64,000 bases of DNA from Candidatus Gottesmanbacteria bacterium (lineage in GTDB: Bacteria > Patescibacteriota > Microgenomatia > UBA10105 > UBA927), in assembly GCA_030679255.1 (NCBI GenBank), contig JAUXTO010000042.1, positions 44,714-108,713 of the forward strand, given 5' to 3'. The notes beneath the pieces were generated by a model. The model made no database searches and was not told the DNA's origin. It saw only the letters and a list, made by a program, of their open reading frames with translations. Shown one piece after another: positions 11,919 to 21,316 of this stretch; the first letter of the stretch is position 1, and the number at the start of each line of letters is the position of its first letter. A program made the translations under genes and the position numbers.

Positions 11919-12016
11919 GCTTAGAAAGAACCGGTGAGAACATATTGTATAATTACTACGCCATCAGGCGAGATCTTTCTAAGCAATCGATTCTCACCAA
12001 CCTGATGGCAATTTTT
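11919..12016 (+). ncRNA. Structured RNA with c4/CI-like antisense-target arrangement
   Basis: GCTTAGAAAGA/TCTTTCTAAGC, GGTGAGAA/TTCTCACC and GCCATCAGG/CCTGATGGC complementary pairs. Confidence 0.55.
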
Positions 12017-12032
12017 GTGGAAAGGAGACAAC

Positions 12033-12152
12033 ATGAGAAATATACTAGCTGACCGGGCCTTCCTGCTCCGGACGATTCAGGCGCTCATCTGTGGCGCGAT
12101 GGCGTTTCTCGCATCTGGGAGTTTAGGGTTGAAAATCGGGAGGATTCTATGA
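12033..12152 (+). CDS. 39-aa hydrophobic peptide (not in ORF track)
   Basis: AAGGAG RBS; MRNILADRAFLLRTIQALICGAMAFLASGSLGLKIGRIL; ATGA overlap with next ORF. Confidence 0.65.
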   Translation: MRNILADRAFLLRTIQALICGAMAFLASGSLGLKIGRIL

Positions 12153-12367
12153 GCAGACGCACCGTATTACTCGACAGGATATACAAGCGATTTGCCACAC
12201 CGGAAGACCTACGGATTGTGGATGAGCTATATGCCAAAGGTTCCAAAGGTGTTGCTGTCCGCAAGATGCTTCAAGACATCCTTGAGAGACTGGATACCAA
12301 AGAATGGAATGCGGAGAAAGCACGGAGAATAGATGATTTTGATATCCCACGACTTCTTGCAGCGTGA
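12149..12367 (+). CDS. Hypothetical protein (72 aa)
   Basis: GGGAGG RBS; translationally coupled to the upstream peptide. Confidence 0.65.
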   Translation: MSRRTVLLDRIYKRFATPEDLRIVDELYAKGSKGVAVRKMLQDILERLDTKEWNAEKARRIDDFDIPRLLAA

Positions 12368-12426
12368 GGCTAGGGGTAGAGGTTCTGCTATGTAGAGGCG
12401 CTTCGGGAAACCGGGGCGCTTTTAGT

Positions 12427-12978
12427 TCAATTAGCAACAACAAGCGCTGTTACAACAGTTGGATGTTTATAAAATTTCCCCTCAAACGCATATACCCCTG
12501 CATCCCATTGCCCTTCGGCAAACAACACTTCTGCGTGTTTAGGGCTATTGATCCATGCGTGTACAATTGTTTCTGAATTAGTAGGACCTAGCGCAAGATT
12601 TTCCTTCATCCTGTCATACCGTAGCCGCAGCCTGGTAATAATGTTTTTCATTGTCGCACCGCTTCGCGTGGCTTCGTGGCTAAACTCGCTATTTTCAAGC
12701 ATATCTTTTGCCCGGAGATAGGCAACGTAAGATAGATCGTGGCTTTCAACAAAAGGAGGTAAATTATTCTCTTGCCTGGCTTGGTTTATGAGAGCAAACA
12801 TTTGTTTTACATCAACGGACGTCGTTGATGAAGGCGGTTCCGGGAGTACCGCAGAAGAAAAAACGTATTGAATGTCACCTTTAACCTCATATACAAGAAC
12901 GCCAAGCGCGCCAAAAGCCAGAAGAATTGCTGCAAGCGTAAGGAGTATCGGGAGTTTTAGGCTTATAGGACGCTTCAT
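12427..12978 (-). CDS. CAP/SCP domain membrane-anchored protein
   Basis: N-terminal TM, INQARQENNL, RAKDM..FSH, ENLA, WINSPKH; TATAAT 6 nt before ATG 12978. Confidence 0.88.
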   Translation of the reverse strand: MKRPISLKLPILLTLAAILLAFGALGVLVYEVKGDIQYVFSSAVLPEPPSSTTSVDVKQMFALINQARQENNLPPFVESHDLSYVAYLRAKDMLENSEFSHEATRSGATMKNIITRLRLRYDRMKENLALGPTNSETIVHAWINSPKHAEVLFAEGQWDAGVYAFEGKFYKHPTVVTALVVAN

Positions 12979-13224
12979 ACATCTATTATACTCCAAATCG
13001 AATGACTAGCTGTTTACGTAGCATCGTGGTGTTGTGGTGGATGTTTTCTATGACTTATCGTAAAAGGGTAGAATATACCTCTTTTGAATATAAAGCCGTT
13101 TTACCCCTACAGATGAGGCTGGATAAACGGTAACTTACCCTCTTACAGGCGATCCACTATGGAAAGATTAGATAGGGGATTCTTCTTATTGTAAACATAG
13201 GATTATTCTTTATACCATCTTCTC

Positions 13225-13419
13225 ATGGCAAATTGGGATGATATTTTACAGGAATTAAAGAGCATTAAAGACCTCTTGCAACACAGTACGATCACGGTTG
13301 TTTCCAACTCGATAAGCCCTTCACAATCACCAAGTGTCTCGGTTTCTCCAAGCGTCAGTCCGTCAGTGAGCGTCAGTCCAAGCTACTCTCCCTCAATTTC
13401 TCCGTCAGTCTCCTCGTAA
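13225..13419 (+). CDS. Small Ser/Pro-repeat protein
   Basis: SPSQSPSVSVSPSVSPSVSVSPSYSPSISPSVSS repeats encoded with varied codons. Confidence 0.5.
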   Translation: MANWDDILQELKSIKDLLQHSTITVVSNSISPSQSPSVSVSPSVSPSVSVSPSYSPSISPSVSS

Positions 13420-13544
13420 TACAAAAGAGTGTCTTCGTCTCACAATCTACCCTCATATATGAATTGTACGACTCAATAAGGAGCGTAATCTCGTGCCTGT
13501 GAGGTCGTAGGATGCCCTAGGAGGCACGAAGTGGGGTCAGGTGG

Positions 13545-16500
13545 CTATAGTTCCTTCTTAATTTTGGGGTACTTTATAGAAGTGATAGTTTTTAGCTTTG
13601 GCACCTTATATTTCTTGAATTTGGCAAGTCGCTTGGGTTTCTTCAGAGTAAACTTTTTCAGTGCAATCATTTTGACCTTAGGAATCTTCTTGACGGTCAA
13701 CCTTGCTTTGGAGGTAGAAAGATCAGAAAGCACTTCTTTGACTTGGGATACATCAATAACACCGGCGGTCACCGCAGCACTGATCTTGTTCTTTTGTGTC
13801 GTGAGCGCTGACTTGTATTTTGAGAGCGCTTGTTTATCTACCTCATAATTTCCCACCATCTTTGGCTTTTGAGGGATATAAGAAACGTCTACAGAAGTCA
13901 CTGTGCCTGAAGGGGAAACATAGAAAAGCTTTGTCCCACTGCTTGCGGGTTGTCCTGTGAGGCCTACGGTTTGTCTCGCCTTGAGATCTTCTTTGGTTTC
14001 TGCTTGTTGATCCATAAAGTCACTATATGTTTTGGTTCCACCACGGACCAACTCGGATTGATTGGCTGATAGGGGCCGGGCATTACTATCAAAGTACGTC
14101 TGTGCTTGTGGAGTAGAGTATTGTCCGAACAACATGGACTTTACATAGTTGGGGAATGTTTGTTCTACTGGGAAACGGATATTTCCAGTCGGCGTTGTTG
14201 ATTCCCCCTTATTGTAGGATTGTAGACCTTCAACGGTTTTTCTTATCTGTACGCCACCAGGAAAAAACGCTGGTGCTACTTTGATGAGATTGCGCTTGCC
14301 TTCTTCTCTCGTTTGTTCTTCGCCAAAAAGCATTTGTCCTGTTGCTTGTCCCGCCTGCAACGATGGGGTAAGTCTAGGGTTTATTGGTAATAGGTCTAAC
14401 TTCATCCCGAATGCGTCCTTGAGTATTTTTGCCATAACGAGAGTTGCTCCGACGTAGCGCACCAATCCCGCAATATCCCTTTGTGCAACCTTAGTGAGCA
14501 GGAATTCTCCTTGCTTAATGTTGAACGACTGGAACTGAAGAAGTGTTTTGTTGATATCGCTTGATAGCGCAAGGGGTGTGTCGATACTGCCGAACACAAA
14601 TTGTGTTTTCCGAACGATACCCTTTGCGTACTCTATCGCCTGTTGTTCACTCATGTTTTGTGAAAGTGCCTTGGCTTTCGCGCCGTAATAAGCAGCACCA
14701 CGATTGATCTTTTCCGCTTTATCGAACAGGTAGAACAGGCCTTCGTCGAGCTTTGTGAGGATGTTTTTGTAGACGCCGATATTCCTATCCTGAATGAATG
14801 AATCTTTCAGCACTCCTACGCGTTCAAGTTCGTTTGATCCCCAGTTTCGGGCAAGCTTCAAGTAGCCTGTGGCTGTCCAACGTTCCCCAAGCTCTGCGTA
14901 AGTGTTGGCGCCCTGGGAAAGATTTCGAAGCGCCGAAGATACATTCAATCCCAGTGTCCCGCGATAGACTGTCTGCCTGATCGATTGAGATAGAGCCGTT
15001 ACTGGTCGGGGACCGAAGCGGTACCCGATAGGAGTGCTCTTGATGAAATTATCAATGAGGGTATCTATCTCCGTAGGACGAAGATTGATTCTGTCCGTGA
15101 GTTTTTGTAGATATTTATATTGTGACAGTTCGAGGCTTGGTGATTTTGCCTTTAATGCTTCCAGGGCAGGGTCAAGATTATATTTCCTCACTGCCCGTTT
15201 GGTATAAGCATCGAGAGCCGCCCATGTATCTTTGAGATAGTCAATCCTGTCGCTTTTACGCATGAGCAGGAACGGATCGTAGACCCCACCCGCGACCTTC
15301 TGGTCGATAAGTTTAGCGAGGGCAGGGTCAAACTCTCCCTCAACCGCGCCCTTGGTCCAGATGTGGGTGATGTAATTACTTATCTGTTTAGATGGTGGCA
15401 GTTTTAACTTCGTTGCCCAGTCCGCTAAATACCCTCTGATCTCCATTGCAACCCTGCCTTCAACGGGATTGAGTCCTACATTTTCCCCGTCCAAAGCTCT
15501 GAATATCCGTTCGTTGCTCTCAGGCGGAACCCGCTTCTGCCAGTCTGATATTCTCTTTATTTCATCCGGTAATTGCGTGAGATACGATTCGTACTGTGAA
15601 CGAAGATACTTCGCTTCATCTCCCAGCCCGATCTTTTGAAGTACCTGTTCGGGCGTTCTCAAATAATCAACAATGTTTACCTTGTTTTGTACGTTGGTGA
15701 ACGTGGGGTCAATGACGTTTTGTACACGTCCTATTGCTTGCGGGTCGTTGGCGGTAAATGCTTTTTTTACATATCTCTTGGCCTCCTCGACATTTGCGGC
15801 AACCATCTTGTCATATGAGGAATGATCGAGCGGGCTTATCCCGTCATCAAGGATTCGTTGTGCTTCTTTGGCGTCAATAAACCGTATCTGACGGGCGGTA
15901 AATCCACGACTTCCTAACTCTTGGGGATAGTTCAGAAGATTTGACAACCGTTCATTCGGAGTTTTAGGTACTTTAGAAAGTGCTTCATCAATGGTAAATA
16001 TTTTGTCCTCTATGGTACGAATAATACTCCCGACTTGGGTATCATTCTTCATAGTCTGAATGATTGCATAATCTTTTTTGTAGTCTCCTGAACCACCGAC
16101 TAAATTCACTAGTTCCTTGTTGAGTGTTGCCCGTAACGCTTGTAAGTCGTCTTTTGCTCCCGTCTTTATGAGCTTATCCGCAAACTCGTTGTACACGATT
16201 GACGCTTCTTCTGGTGTTTTGGTGAGGGAAAGACGACCACTAAGTGCGTTTTGAATCTCTGGTGTTTTGGTAAACCCCATGATCGCCAGTCGATCTGTCT
16301 CCTGGAGTTGTTTTCCTGCTGCTATTTCTTTTGGGGTAAATGTTGTTTGTCCTCTGTTTGCTTTTGTTAAGAACGATTGCTCCTCCGGTGAGTAAGAGCC
16401 TCCCGTGAGCAGATTCAAGCTAAACTTGGCTATATCCCCAGTCTTTACATCAAAGCCTTCTGGTTTAATAGGATTTCCTACACCCCATTTTAATGTGGGA

Positions 16501-16823
16501 AGCTTATTCAGTTGTGCGTCGATCTGTGGTTGATAGTCCGTCATCACTGCACGGGAGGGGATGATGTTACTCGAATATATTCCTTGTTTCTGAAGGCTTT
16601 GCTGAGAAATTGTATTTTGCTTTAATTGATTGGAAAAATTAGTTACTGCATCATTGACCCTGTTCACAAAGGGTTGTACCTGGGGCTGCAGTTGTTTCTG
16701 TACCCACGACGCTGGTGTTGGATTCTGCTGGATAAACGACTGAGCCTGACCGAACAGTTTACTTGCGGTATTTTGAATTTTCGTTGCTACTTGTTGACTT
16801 AGAGTGTCCCATAGATTAGCCAT
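13545..16823 (-). CDS. Large (~1090 aa) phage protein, probable internal virion/DNA ejection protein
   Basis: Likely start MANLW at 16823; helical core with LNVSSALRNLSQ and VRKTQFVFG..LLQFQSF segments; Lys-rich tail; function inferred. Confidence 0.6.
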   Translation of the reverse strand: MANLWDTLSQQVATKIQNTASKLFGQAQSFIQQNPTPASWVQKQLQPQVQPFVNRVNDAVTNFSNQLKQNTISQQSLQKQGIYSSNIIPSRAVMTDYQPQIDAQLNKLPTLKWGVGNPIKPEGFDVKTGDIAKFSLNLLTGGSYSPEEQSFLTKANRGQTTFTPKEIAAGKQLQETDRLAIMGFTKTPEIQNALSGRLSLTKTPEEASIVYNEFADKLIKTGAKDDLQALRATLNKELVNLVGGSGDYKKDYAIIQTMKNDTQVGSIIRTIEDKIFTIDEALSKVPKTPNERLSNLLNYPQELGSRGFTARQIRFIDAKEAQRILDDGISPLDHSSYDKMVAANVEEAKRYVKKAFTANDPQAIGRVQNVIDPTFTNVQNKVNIVDYLRTPEQVLQKIGLGDEAKYLRSQYESYLTQLPDEIKRISDWQKRVPPESNERIFRALDGENVGLNPVEGRVAMEIRGYLADWATKLKLPPSKQISNYITHIWTKGAVEGEFDPALAKLIDQKVAGGVYDPFLLMRKSDRIDYLKDTWAALDAYTKRAVRKYNLDPALEALKAKSPSLELSQYKYLQKLTDRINLRPTEIDTLIDNFIKSTPIGYRFGPRPVTALSQSIRQTVYRGTLGLNVSSALRNLSQGANTYAELGERWTATGYLKLARNWGSNELERVGVLKDSFIQDRNIGVYKNILTKLDEGLFYLFDKAEKINRGAAYYGAKAKALSQNMSEQQAIEYAKGIVRKTQFVFGSIDTPLALSSDINKTLLQFQSFNIKQGEFLLTKVAQRDIAGLVRYVGATLVMAKILKDAFGMKLDLLPINPRLTPSLQAGQATGQMLFGEEQTREEGKRNLIKVAPAFFPGGVQIRKTVEGLQSYNKGESTTPTGNIRFPVEQTFPNYVKSMLFGQYSTPQAQTYFDSNARPLSANQSELVRGGTKTYSDFMDQQAETKEDLKARQTVGLTGQPASSGTKLFYVSPSGTVTSVDVSYIPQKPKMVGNYEVDKQALSKYKSALTTQKNKISAAVTAGVIDVSQVKEVLSDLSTSKARLTVKKIPKVKMIALKKFTLKKPKRLAKFKKYKVPKLKTITSIKYPKIKKEL

Positions 16824-18078
16824 AGATCGGTTGACCGTTTTGATCGTATCCTTTGAATACTTTTCCGGATATTTGTCCTGTGTAATTTGGTGTGTTTTGT
16901 CCGTTTGATGAATTGATTGATAACGGTGATGCTGGAGTGGTTGTCGTTTGATTGAAGTAGTTATTGAGTGCTGATTGTGAGCCTTGACCACTCATTTGCA
17001 TCTGTCGGGCATAGGTATCTAACGCTGTTGCAGCCTGGCTTCGTTGAAGTTCTAGGGTTTGCTCAAATTGAATTTTCTGAGAGTTTATTTGAAACACTTC
17101 ATTCCGGAGAGTCTGTAAAGCAGAGAGAGAAGCTTGGGCTTTTGCAGATGCTATTTGTGACCTGCTTTGTGAAATAGAAAGAAGTTTGTTTTGAAAGTCA
17201 CTCTTTGCTTGAGAGAAAGCAGAATCCGTATCGTATTTTAGCTTCGTCTTAGCGGTAGAGTAGCCACGATCAAGATCATATTTTTGAGTGTCAATCTGTG
17301 CCATAGTGTCGCTATAGGATCGCTGTGTTAGTCCCATCTGACGTTGCTGTTCAACAGATGAAAGTTCACTGGCTGCTTCACCTGCGGACGTACTACCACC
17401 AAAGCGTTGCTGATATCCACGACGTAATTCGTCATACAGTCTTCGTGCTGCTGTAAGCGCATCTTCTTTTCGATACCCTGCGCTTGTTGCGTTGCGATCA
17501 AGAGTAGAAAGACCAGAGGTATTTTGATCATTGAGCATCTGAGTGTTCACATCGAATTGCCCTTGGATTGATTTTTGTACATCGGGATATTGAGCATTCA
17601 GAGTATTTTCAGCTTCTGTGAGATATTGAAACGAGGGGTTATACAGTGCATCAATCTGGGATTGAATATCGGGCTGGCCTTGGCCTTGTTGTGCCATGAG
17701 TTCTCGATAGCGGGATTCTTGTGAGGGGTTACGATCCATCTTAGATAATTGTTGAAGTTCTGAATCACTTGGGCCTGTGGGGGTTGTGTTCGCTCTTGTT
17801 GTTACTCCATTAACCTGACCCGTTCCTGTGTTATTGTTTCCACCGGTAACCATTCCTGAGGGCTTGGGTTGTATGTAAGGGGTGTCGTATGTTCCGGTAA
17901 CTGGTTTTCCTGCGATCGTGTTAGCTAGACCTGTGACGGGTCCAGCGCCTACGACATTAGGAGTCACCATGCTTCCAATATTTGCCACGGTTTGACCCAG
18001 TGCCTGACGTGCCTGCCCAGAACCAAATTGATTGACTGCAAGATCGTACCATCCACCTAAATTTTGAATTGCTCCCAT
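16816..18078 (-). CDS. Gln/Ser/Thr-rich coiled-coil protein, probable ejection/pilot protein
   Basis: AGGAGA RBS before ATG 18078; G/T/P-rich N-terminus then long coiled coil, no Cys; overlaps the next gene. Confidence 0.55.
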   Translation of the reverse strand: MGAIQNLGGWYDLAVNQFGSGQARQALGQTVANIGSMVTPNVVGAGPVTGLANTIAGKPVTGTYDTPYIQPKPSGMVTGGNNNTGTGQVNGVTTRANTTPTGPSDSELQQLSKMDRNPSQESRYRELMAQQGQGQPDIQSQIDALYNPSFQYLTEAENTLNAQYPDVQKSIQGQFDVNTQMLNDQNTSGLSTLDRNATSAGYRKEDALTAARRLYDELRRGYQQRFGGSTSAGEAASELSSVEQQRQMGLTQRSYSDTMAQIDTQKYDLDRGYSTAKTKLKYDTDSAFSQAKSDFQNKLLSISQSRSQIASAKAQASLSALQTLRNEVFQINSQKIQFEQTLELQRSQAATALDTYARQMQMSGQGSQSALNNYFNQTTTTPASPLSINSSNGQNTPNYTGQISGKVFKGYDQNGQPIYG

Positions 18079-18286
18079 ATGTTCTCCTGTGCCTAATCCT
18101 ATCCAACCGATATTTATGTTTACAATGACCAAAAATTAAGTCCTGGAATAACGGGAGGAAGTAAAATGAAAATTTGGCCTCTCCATTAAGATACACGCCT
18201 CCCGTTGTCTCAAATCTTAATCCTAAGGGGCGTTTTGGTCGTCACCTCACGCCCCATGATTATTAGTTGTTTTATAAAAGAACCAA

Positions 18287-18502
18287 TTACACACCTTTAG
18301 AATGAATCACTGAGCTTGCTTTTCCTTTGCCTGCTATGCCTGCTGTTTTCTGTAACTTGGAAGTCAATGCTCCTGTTTTGTTTGCATTTGAGACATACTT
18401 TGCATGTGCCAGCGACAGGTCACCCGCATGAACGTACTTAGCTTGTTTTGCTCCTACGTTTGCCGCTACGTCTTTACTCCATCCTTGTTTATCGATTGCC
18501 AT
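18287..18502 (-). CDS. Small basic hypothetical protein
   Basis: GGAGGTGA RBS; K/A/G-rich, 71 aa. Confidence 0.7.
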   Translation of the reverse strand: MAIDKQGWSKDVAANVGAKQAKYVHAGDLSLAHAKYVSNANKTGALTSKLQKTAGIAGKGKASSVIHSKGV

Positions 18503-18520
18503 ATAGTATTTTCACCTCCC

Positions 18521-18724
18521 TTATGTAAATCTTCTTTTACCTACGAAATCAATCAACATTTGAATGATCTCTTTTTTACTTAACTGCTCACCATTAGCGA
18601 TGATGAAAGTAAAAATCTCATCCTCTATGGTCCTTTCACCAATCTGTGCCTGTCCATGATTTGCCGTATTAGCCCACTGTGTGGCTACGGAATCCATGTG
18701 TTCTAAAACGTTATATGTTGTCAT
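18521..18724 (-). CDS. Hypothetical protein
   Basis: AAAGGA RBS; 67 aa; co-oriented in operon. Confidence 0.65.
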   Translation of the reverse strand: MTTYNVLEHMDSVATQWANTANHGQAQIGERTIEDEIFTFIIANGEQLSKKEIIQMLIDFVGKRRFT

Positions 18725-18748
18725 ATAGTTTTTCCTTTCTAAATGTTT

Positions 18749-18931
18749 TTATATTTTTGCTTTTAACACTCTCCATTCCATCTCGTCTCTTGTAAAAAGT
18801 TTCTTGTCGATATTTACCCGCATGGGTGGATCTCTCGGTTCACCTTCTGTTTTTCTAATGGCATCGTACTTCTTGATCCGTTCCATAATCTCAACATCAT
18901 TTGCCGTTGGTTCTGTTGTTTGTTTTGTCAT
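18749..18931 (-). CDS. Hypothetical protein
   Basis: GGAGGTGA RBS; 60 aa. Confidence 0.65.
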   Translation of the reverse strand: MTKQTTEPTANDVEIMERIKKYDAIRKTEGEPRDPPMRVNIDKKLFTRDEMEWRVLKAKI

Positions 18932-18993
18932 ATCTGTTTATTCACCTCCTCTAAATTGTGAGATAAAGCTATTCATGTTTGCACGAGCAAAAA

Positions 18994-20298
18994 TCATCCG
19001 ATTCTCCATTTCTTTTTTAGTTCTTTTGCTTTTTGTAGCGATTGGTATGAGTTTGTCTTTGGTGTCTGATCAAGATTCCAGCAGTAATATTCAAACGCTC
19101 TCATGGCGTGGGAGTATTGGTTGTGAATAGGTATCTCGTTGGATTGGTTTACCATGGTCTCTCGTTTTTGAGGGTAACAATAGTTCACAAGACAGTCTCG
19201 AAACCGAGAACAATTTGGATTTGAGGATGATACATATAGCCGTGACATAAAACGATGCGCATTCCGTATCTGCGTTGGAATATCAGGGATAAACGAAGTC
19301 TTTACATAGTGTCCGAGTCTTGCAAGTTCCTCTATTGGTGATTTGCCGGTTGTTAAGTCTCTTGCAGTTCCCGCAATATCACCTGCTTCAAAGGAAGGAA
19401 TTATATATGGCTTTGCACTGACAGCTTGGACAAAGTGGTCAATATTGGCATTTGAATCTTCGATATAGTCAATCAAGCGGATTTCTGAACCTCTTTGCTG
19501 AAGAAATAGAATAACCGTTGGATCATTCACGCCAAAGTCCCACGCTAAATGAAGAGGAAGCAAAGGATCATAGTCAAAAGGAATGTATCGTGTCTCCATG
19601 TCCCAGTCTTCATACACAACACCGTGAGGCTTTTCGTATTCTGCAAGAATTTCCTGTCGATAATATCCCATGCCCATTTGTTTATATTCAGTTATCAATG
19701 CTTGTAATTCCTGGGGATCAAGTTCAGGATTATCTGAAGAAGTAAAGTGAAAACACTTGAACAGACCGCTTTGTTCTAGTGAGTAGAGTTGTCTAAATCC
19801 TTTGGGAGTTCCTGCCATGATAGCGGGAGCTTTATTGGTTATAAGGTTTGGACGAATAACTGTTGGCCATATATTTGATTCCCAATCATCAATCTCATCA
19901 CCCGCGAACGCTCCCCAATTTGAAATACCACGAAGTGCCTCCGCATTTTCAACACCAAGTAGTTGTACTTTCCCACCATTAGGAAGTGATATAGAGAGTT
20001 CCGCCTCATTCTTTTTATAGGGAAGTTTTATCCCTGTGAAATGGTCAAGCATCCGTTGTACATGGTCTGACCACACGATGTTTTTACTCTGTACTCTGTT
20101 TGGTGAAACATACGGGCATGTGAGGTTCGTTTTAAGTGCCATTTCAAAAAGCCATGAGATAAGAAGGCTTGTTTTTCTCCATTTACGGCCTGCACGAAGT
20201 TGAATAAACCGAAAACCATCATCAAGAGCCTTCAATACTTCCTTTTGTCCTGAGTGTGGTTTTGTCGGATAGAATGTATTTACTTTTATTTCGCTCAT
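18994..20298 (-). CDS. terL: Terminase large subunit
   Basis: PHSGQ, Walker A LRAGRKWRKT, Walker B AFAGDE, GTPKG, YRQEILAEY, nuclease AWDFGVNDPT, HAMRAFEY. Confidence 0.92.
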   Translation of the reverse strand: MSEIKVNTFYPTKPHSGQKEVLKALDDGFRFIQLRAGRKWRKTSLLISWLFEMALKTNLTCPYVSPNRVQSKNIVWSDHVQRMLDHFTGIKLPYKKNEAELSISLPNGGKVQLLGVENAEALRGISNWGAFAGDEIDDWESNIWPTVIRPNLITNKAPAIMAGTPKGFRQLYSLEQSGLFKCFHFTSSDNPELDPQELQALITEYKQMGMGYYRQEILAEYEKPHGVVYEDWDMETRYIPFDYDPLLPLHLAWDFGVNDPTVILFLQQRGSEIRLIDYIEDSNANIDHFVQAVSAKPYIIPSFEAGDIAGTARDLTTGKSPIEELARLGHYVKTSFIPDIPTQIRNAHRFMSRLYVSSSNPNCSRFRDCLVNYCYPQKRETMVNQSNEIPIHNQYSHAMRAFEYYCWNLDQTPKTNSYQSLQKAKELKKKWRIG

Positions 20299-20299
20299 A

Positions 20300-20722
20300 T
20301 TATTCTCCCCTAGTTAGAACAACCTCAATGTTTGTTTGTTGCATCTGTGCTGGTATATCGGTTTCTATACCGAGGAGTTTTCCGAGTTTGTCGTGATAAT
20401 CTTTTCGTGTCTTATGATCCGCATACATCTCACCGGAGAATTGATCTCGTTTAGTAGCTTCTACCCCCTGACGAAGCTGATCAAAGTATTTCTCATGATC
20501 TAGACCATAGGCTTGCATGATCTCTTGTTTGTTAACTCGTGCTAACCATCGTGATCCCAAGACCCGTGAGGAGTGATCGTCAACAGAAGGGTGCAATTCC
20601 TTGTATGCTTTTGAGGCATTTAGTCCGCACTTCACCCACGTAAGATAAAAAAGCATCAGATCTAAGTTTCCATCAAACGCTTTCTCGAGATCCTTAATGT
20701 TAGGTGTTATTTTATTTTTCAT
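20300..20722 (-). CDS. Putative terminase small subunit
   Basis: Directly upstream of terL; HTH-like NASKAYKELHP..GSRWL, DHKTR..KLLG, C-terminal beta segment TNIEVVL. Confidence 0.7.
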   Translation of the reverse strand: MKNKITPNIKDLEKAFDGNLDLMLFYLTWVKCGLNASKAYKELHPSVDDHSSRVLGSRWLARVNKQEIMQAYGLDHEKYFDQLRQGVEATKRDQFSGEMYADHKTRKDYHDKLGKLLGIETDIPAQMQQTNIEVVLTRGE

Positions 20723-20927
20723 TGGTATCTTTCTTCTCAAAGTATCGAAAGCGGTGCTGTACTATTTTCTTTGGATCGATCTCAGGATAATCAGAGACCA
20801 TGTCTCTCCCCCCAAGTCGAAGGAAAAGATAACACCGTAAACAAAGCGTATCGACGATATCGTGCATAGTTACACGAAAAAAATACTCTCCAACCACTTG
20901 TGTACAATAGAAACATACCCGCTTCAC
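20712..20927 (-). CDS. Small zinc-finger protein
   Basis: CFYC...CLRC; overlaps both neighbours. Confidence 0.55.
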   Translation of the reverse strand: MKRVCFYCTQVVGEYFFRVTMHDIVDTLCLRCYLFLRLGGRDMVSDYPEIDPKKIVQHRFRYFEKKDTNEK

Positions 20928-21223
20928 TTTGCCCCTTCCTGATTTAGTTTTGTCACAATTTCGTCTGCGGTGTTCAGTGTCAACTCGGTATTACTCTCGG
21001 ATATCATGGCCGCTCCGTCATTCACCGTTTGCATAGCCTCATTGTTTTTTTTCATCTGCTCTAGCAAGCTCATGTTTCGCAGCGCTAGTTCGTTTGAGAG
21101 CTTGAGGACACAGTCAATGTGCCACGACCCCTGTTGAAGACCAATCTTTGTGGTGAGTTGTGTTTCTCCCGTGCCACAATAAGGGCAATTGCCGTCGCTT
21201 ATATGCTCCATTGAATCGTTCAT
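20924..21223 (-). CDS. Zinc finger plus coiled-coil protein
   Basis: CPYC...HIDC; GAGGAGG RBS. Confidence 0.65.
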   Translation of the reverse strand: MNDSMEHISDGNCPYCGTGETQLTTKIGLQQGSWHIDCVLKLSNELALRNMSLLEQMKKNNEAMQTVNDGAAMISESNTELTLNTADEIVTKLNQEGAK

Positions 21224-21316
21224 ATTGACCTCCTCATTGAATAATAAAAAAGAGATATGTATGTTTACAAGTGCCCTTTATTGCATACATACAAGTTCCC
21301 GATATAGGATTGATTT

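Noticed and set aside
13050-13160. TTACCC/GGGTA motifs as origin iterons of the element
   Set aside because: Too few, short and irregular to support a call
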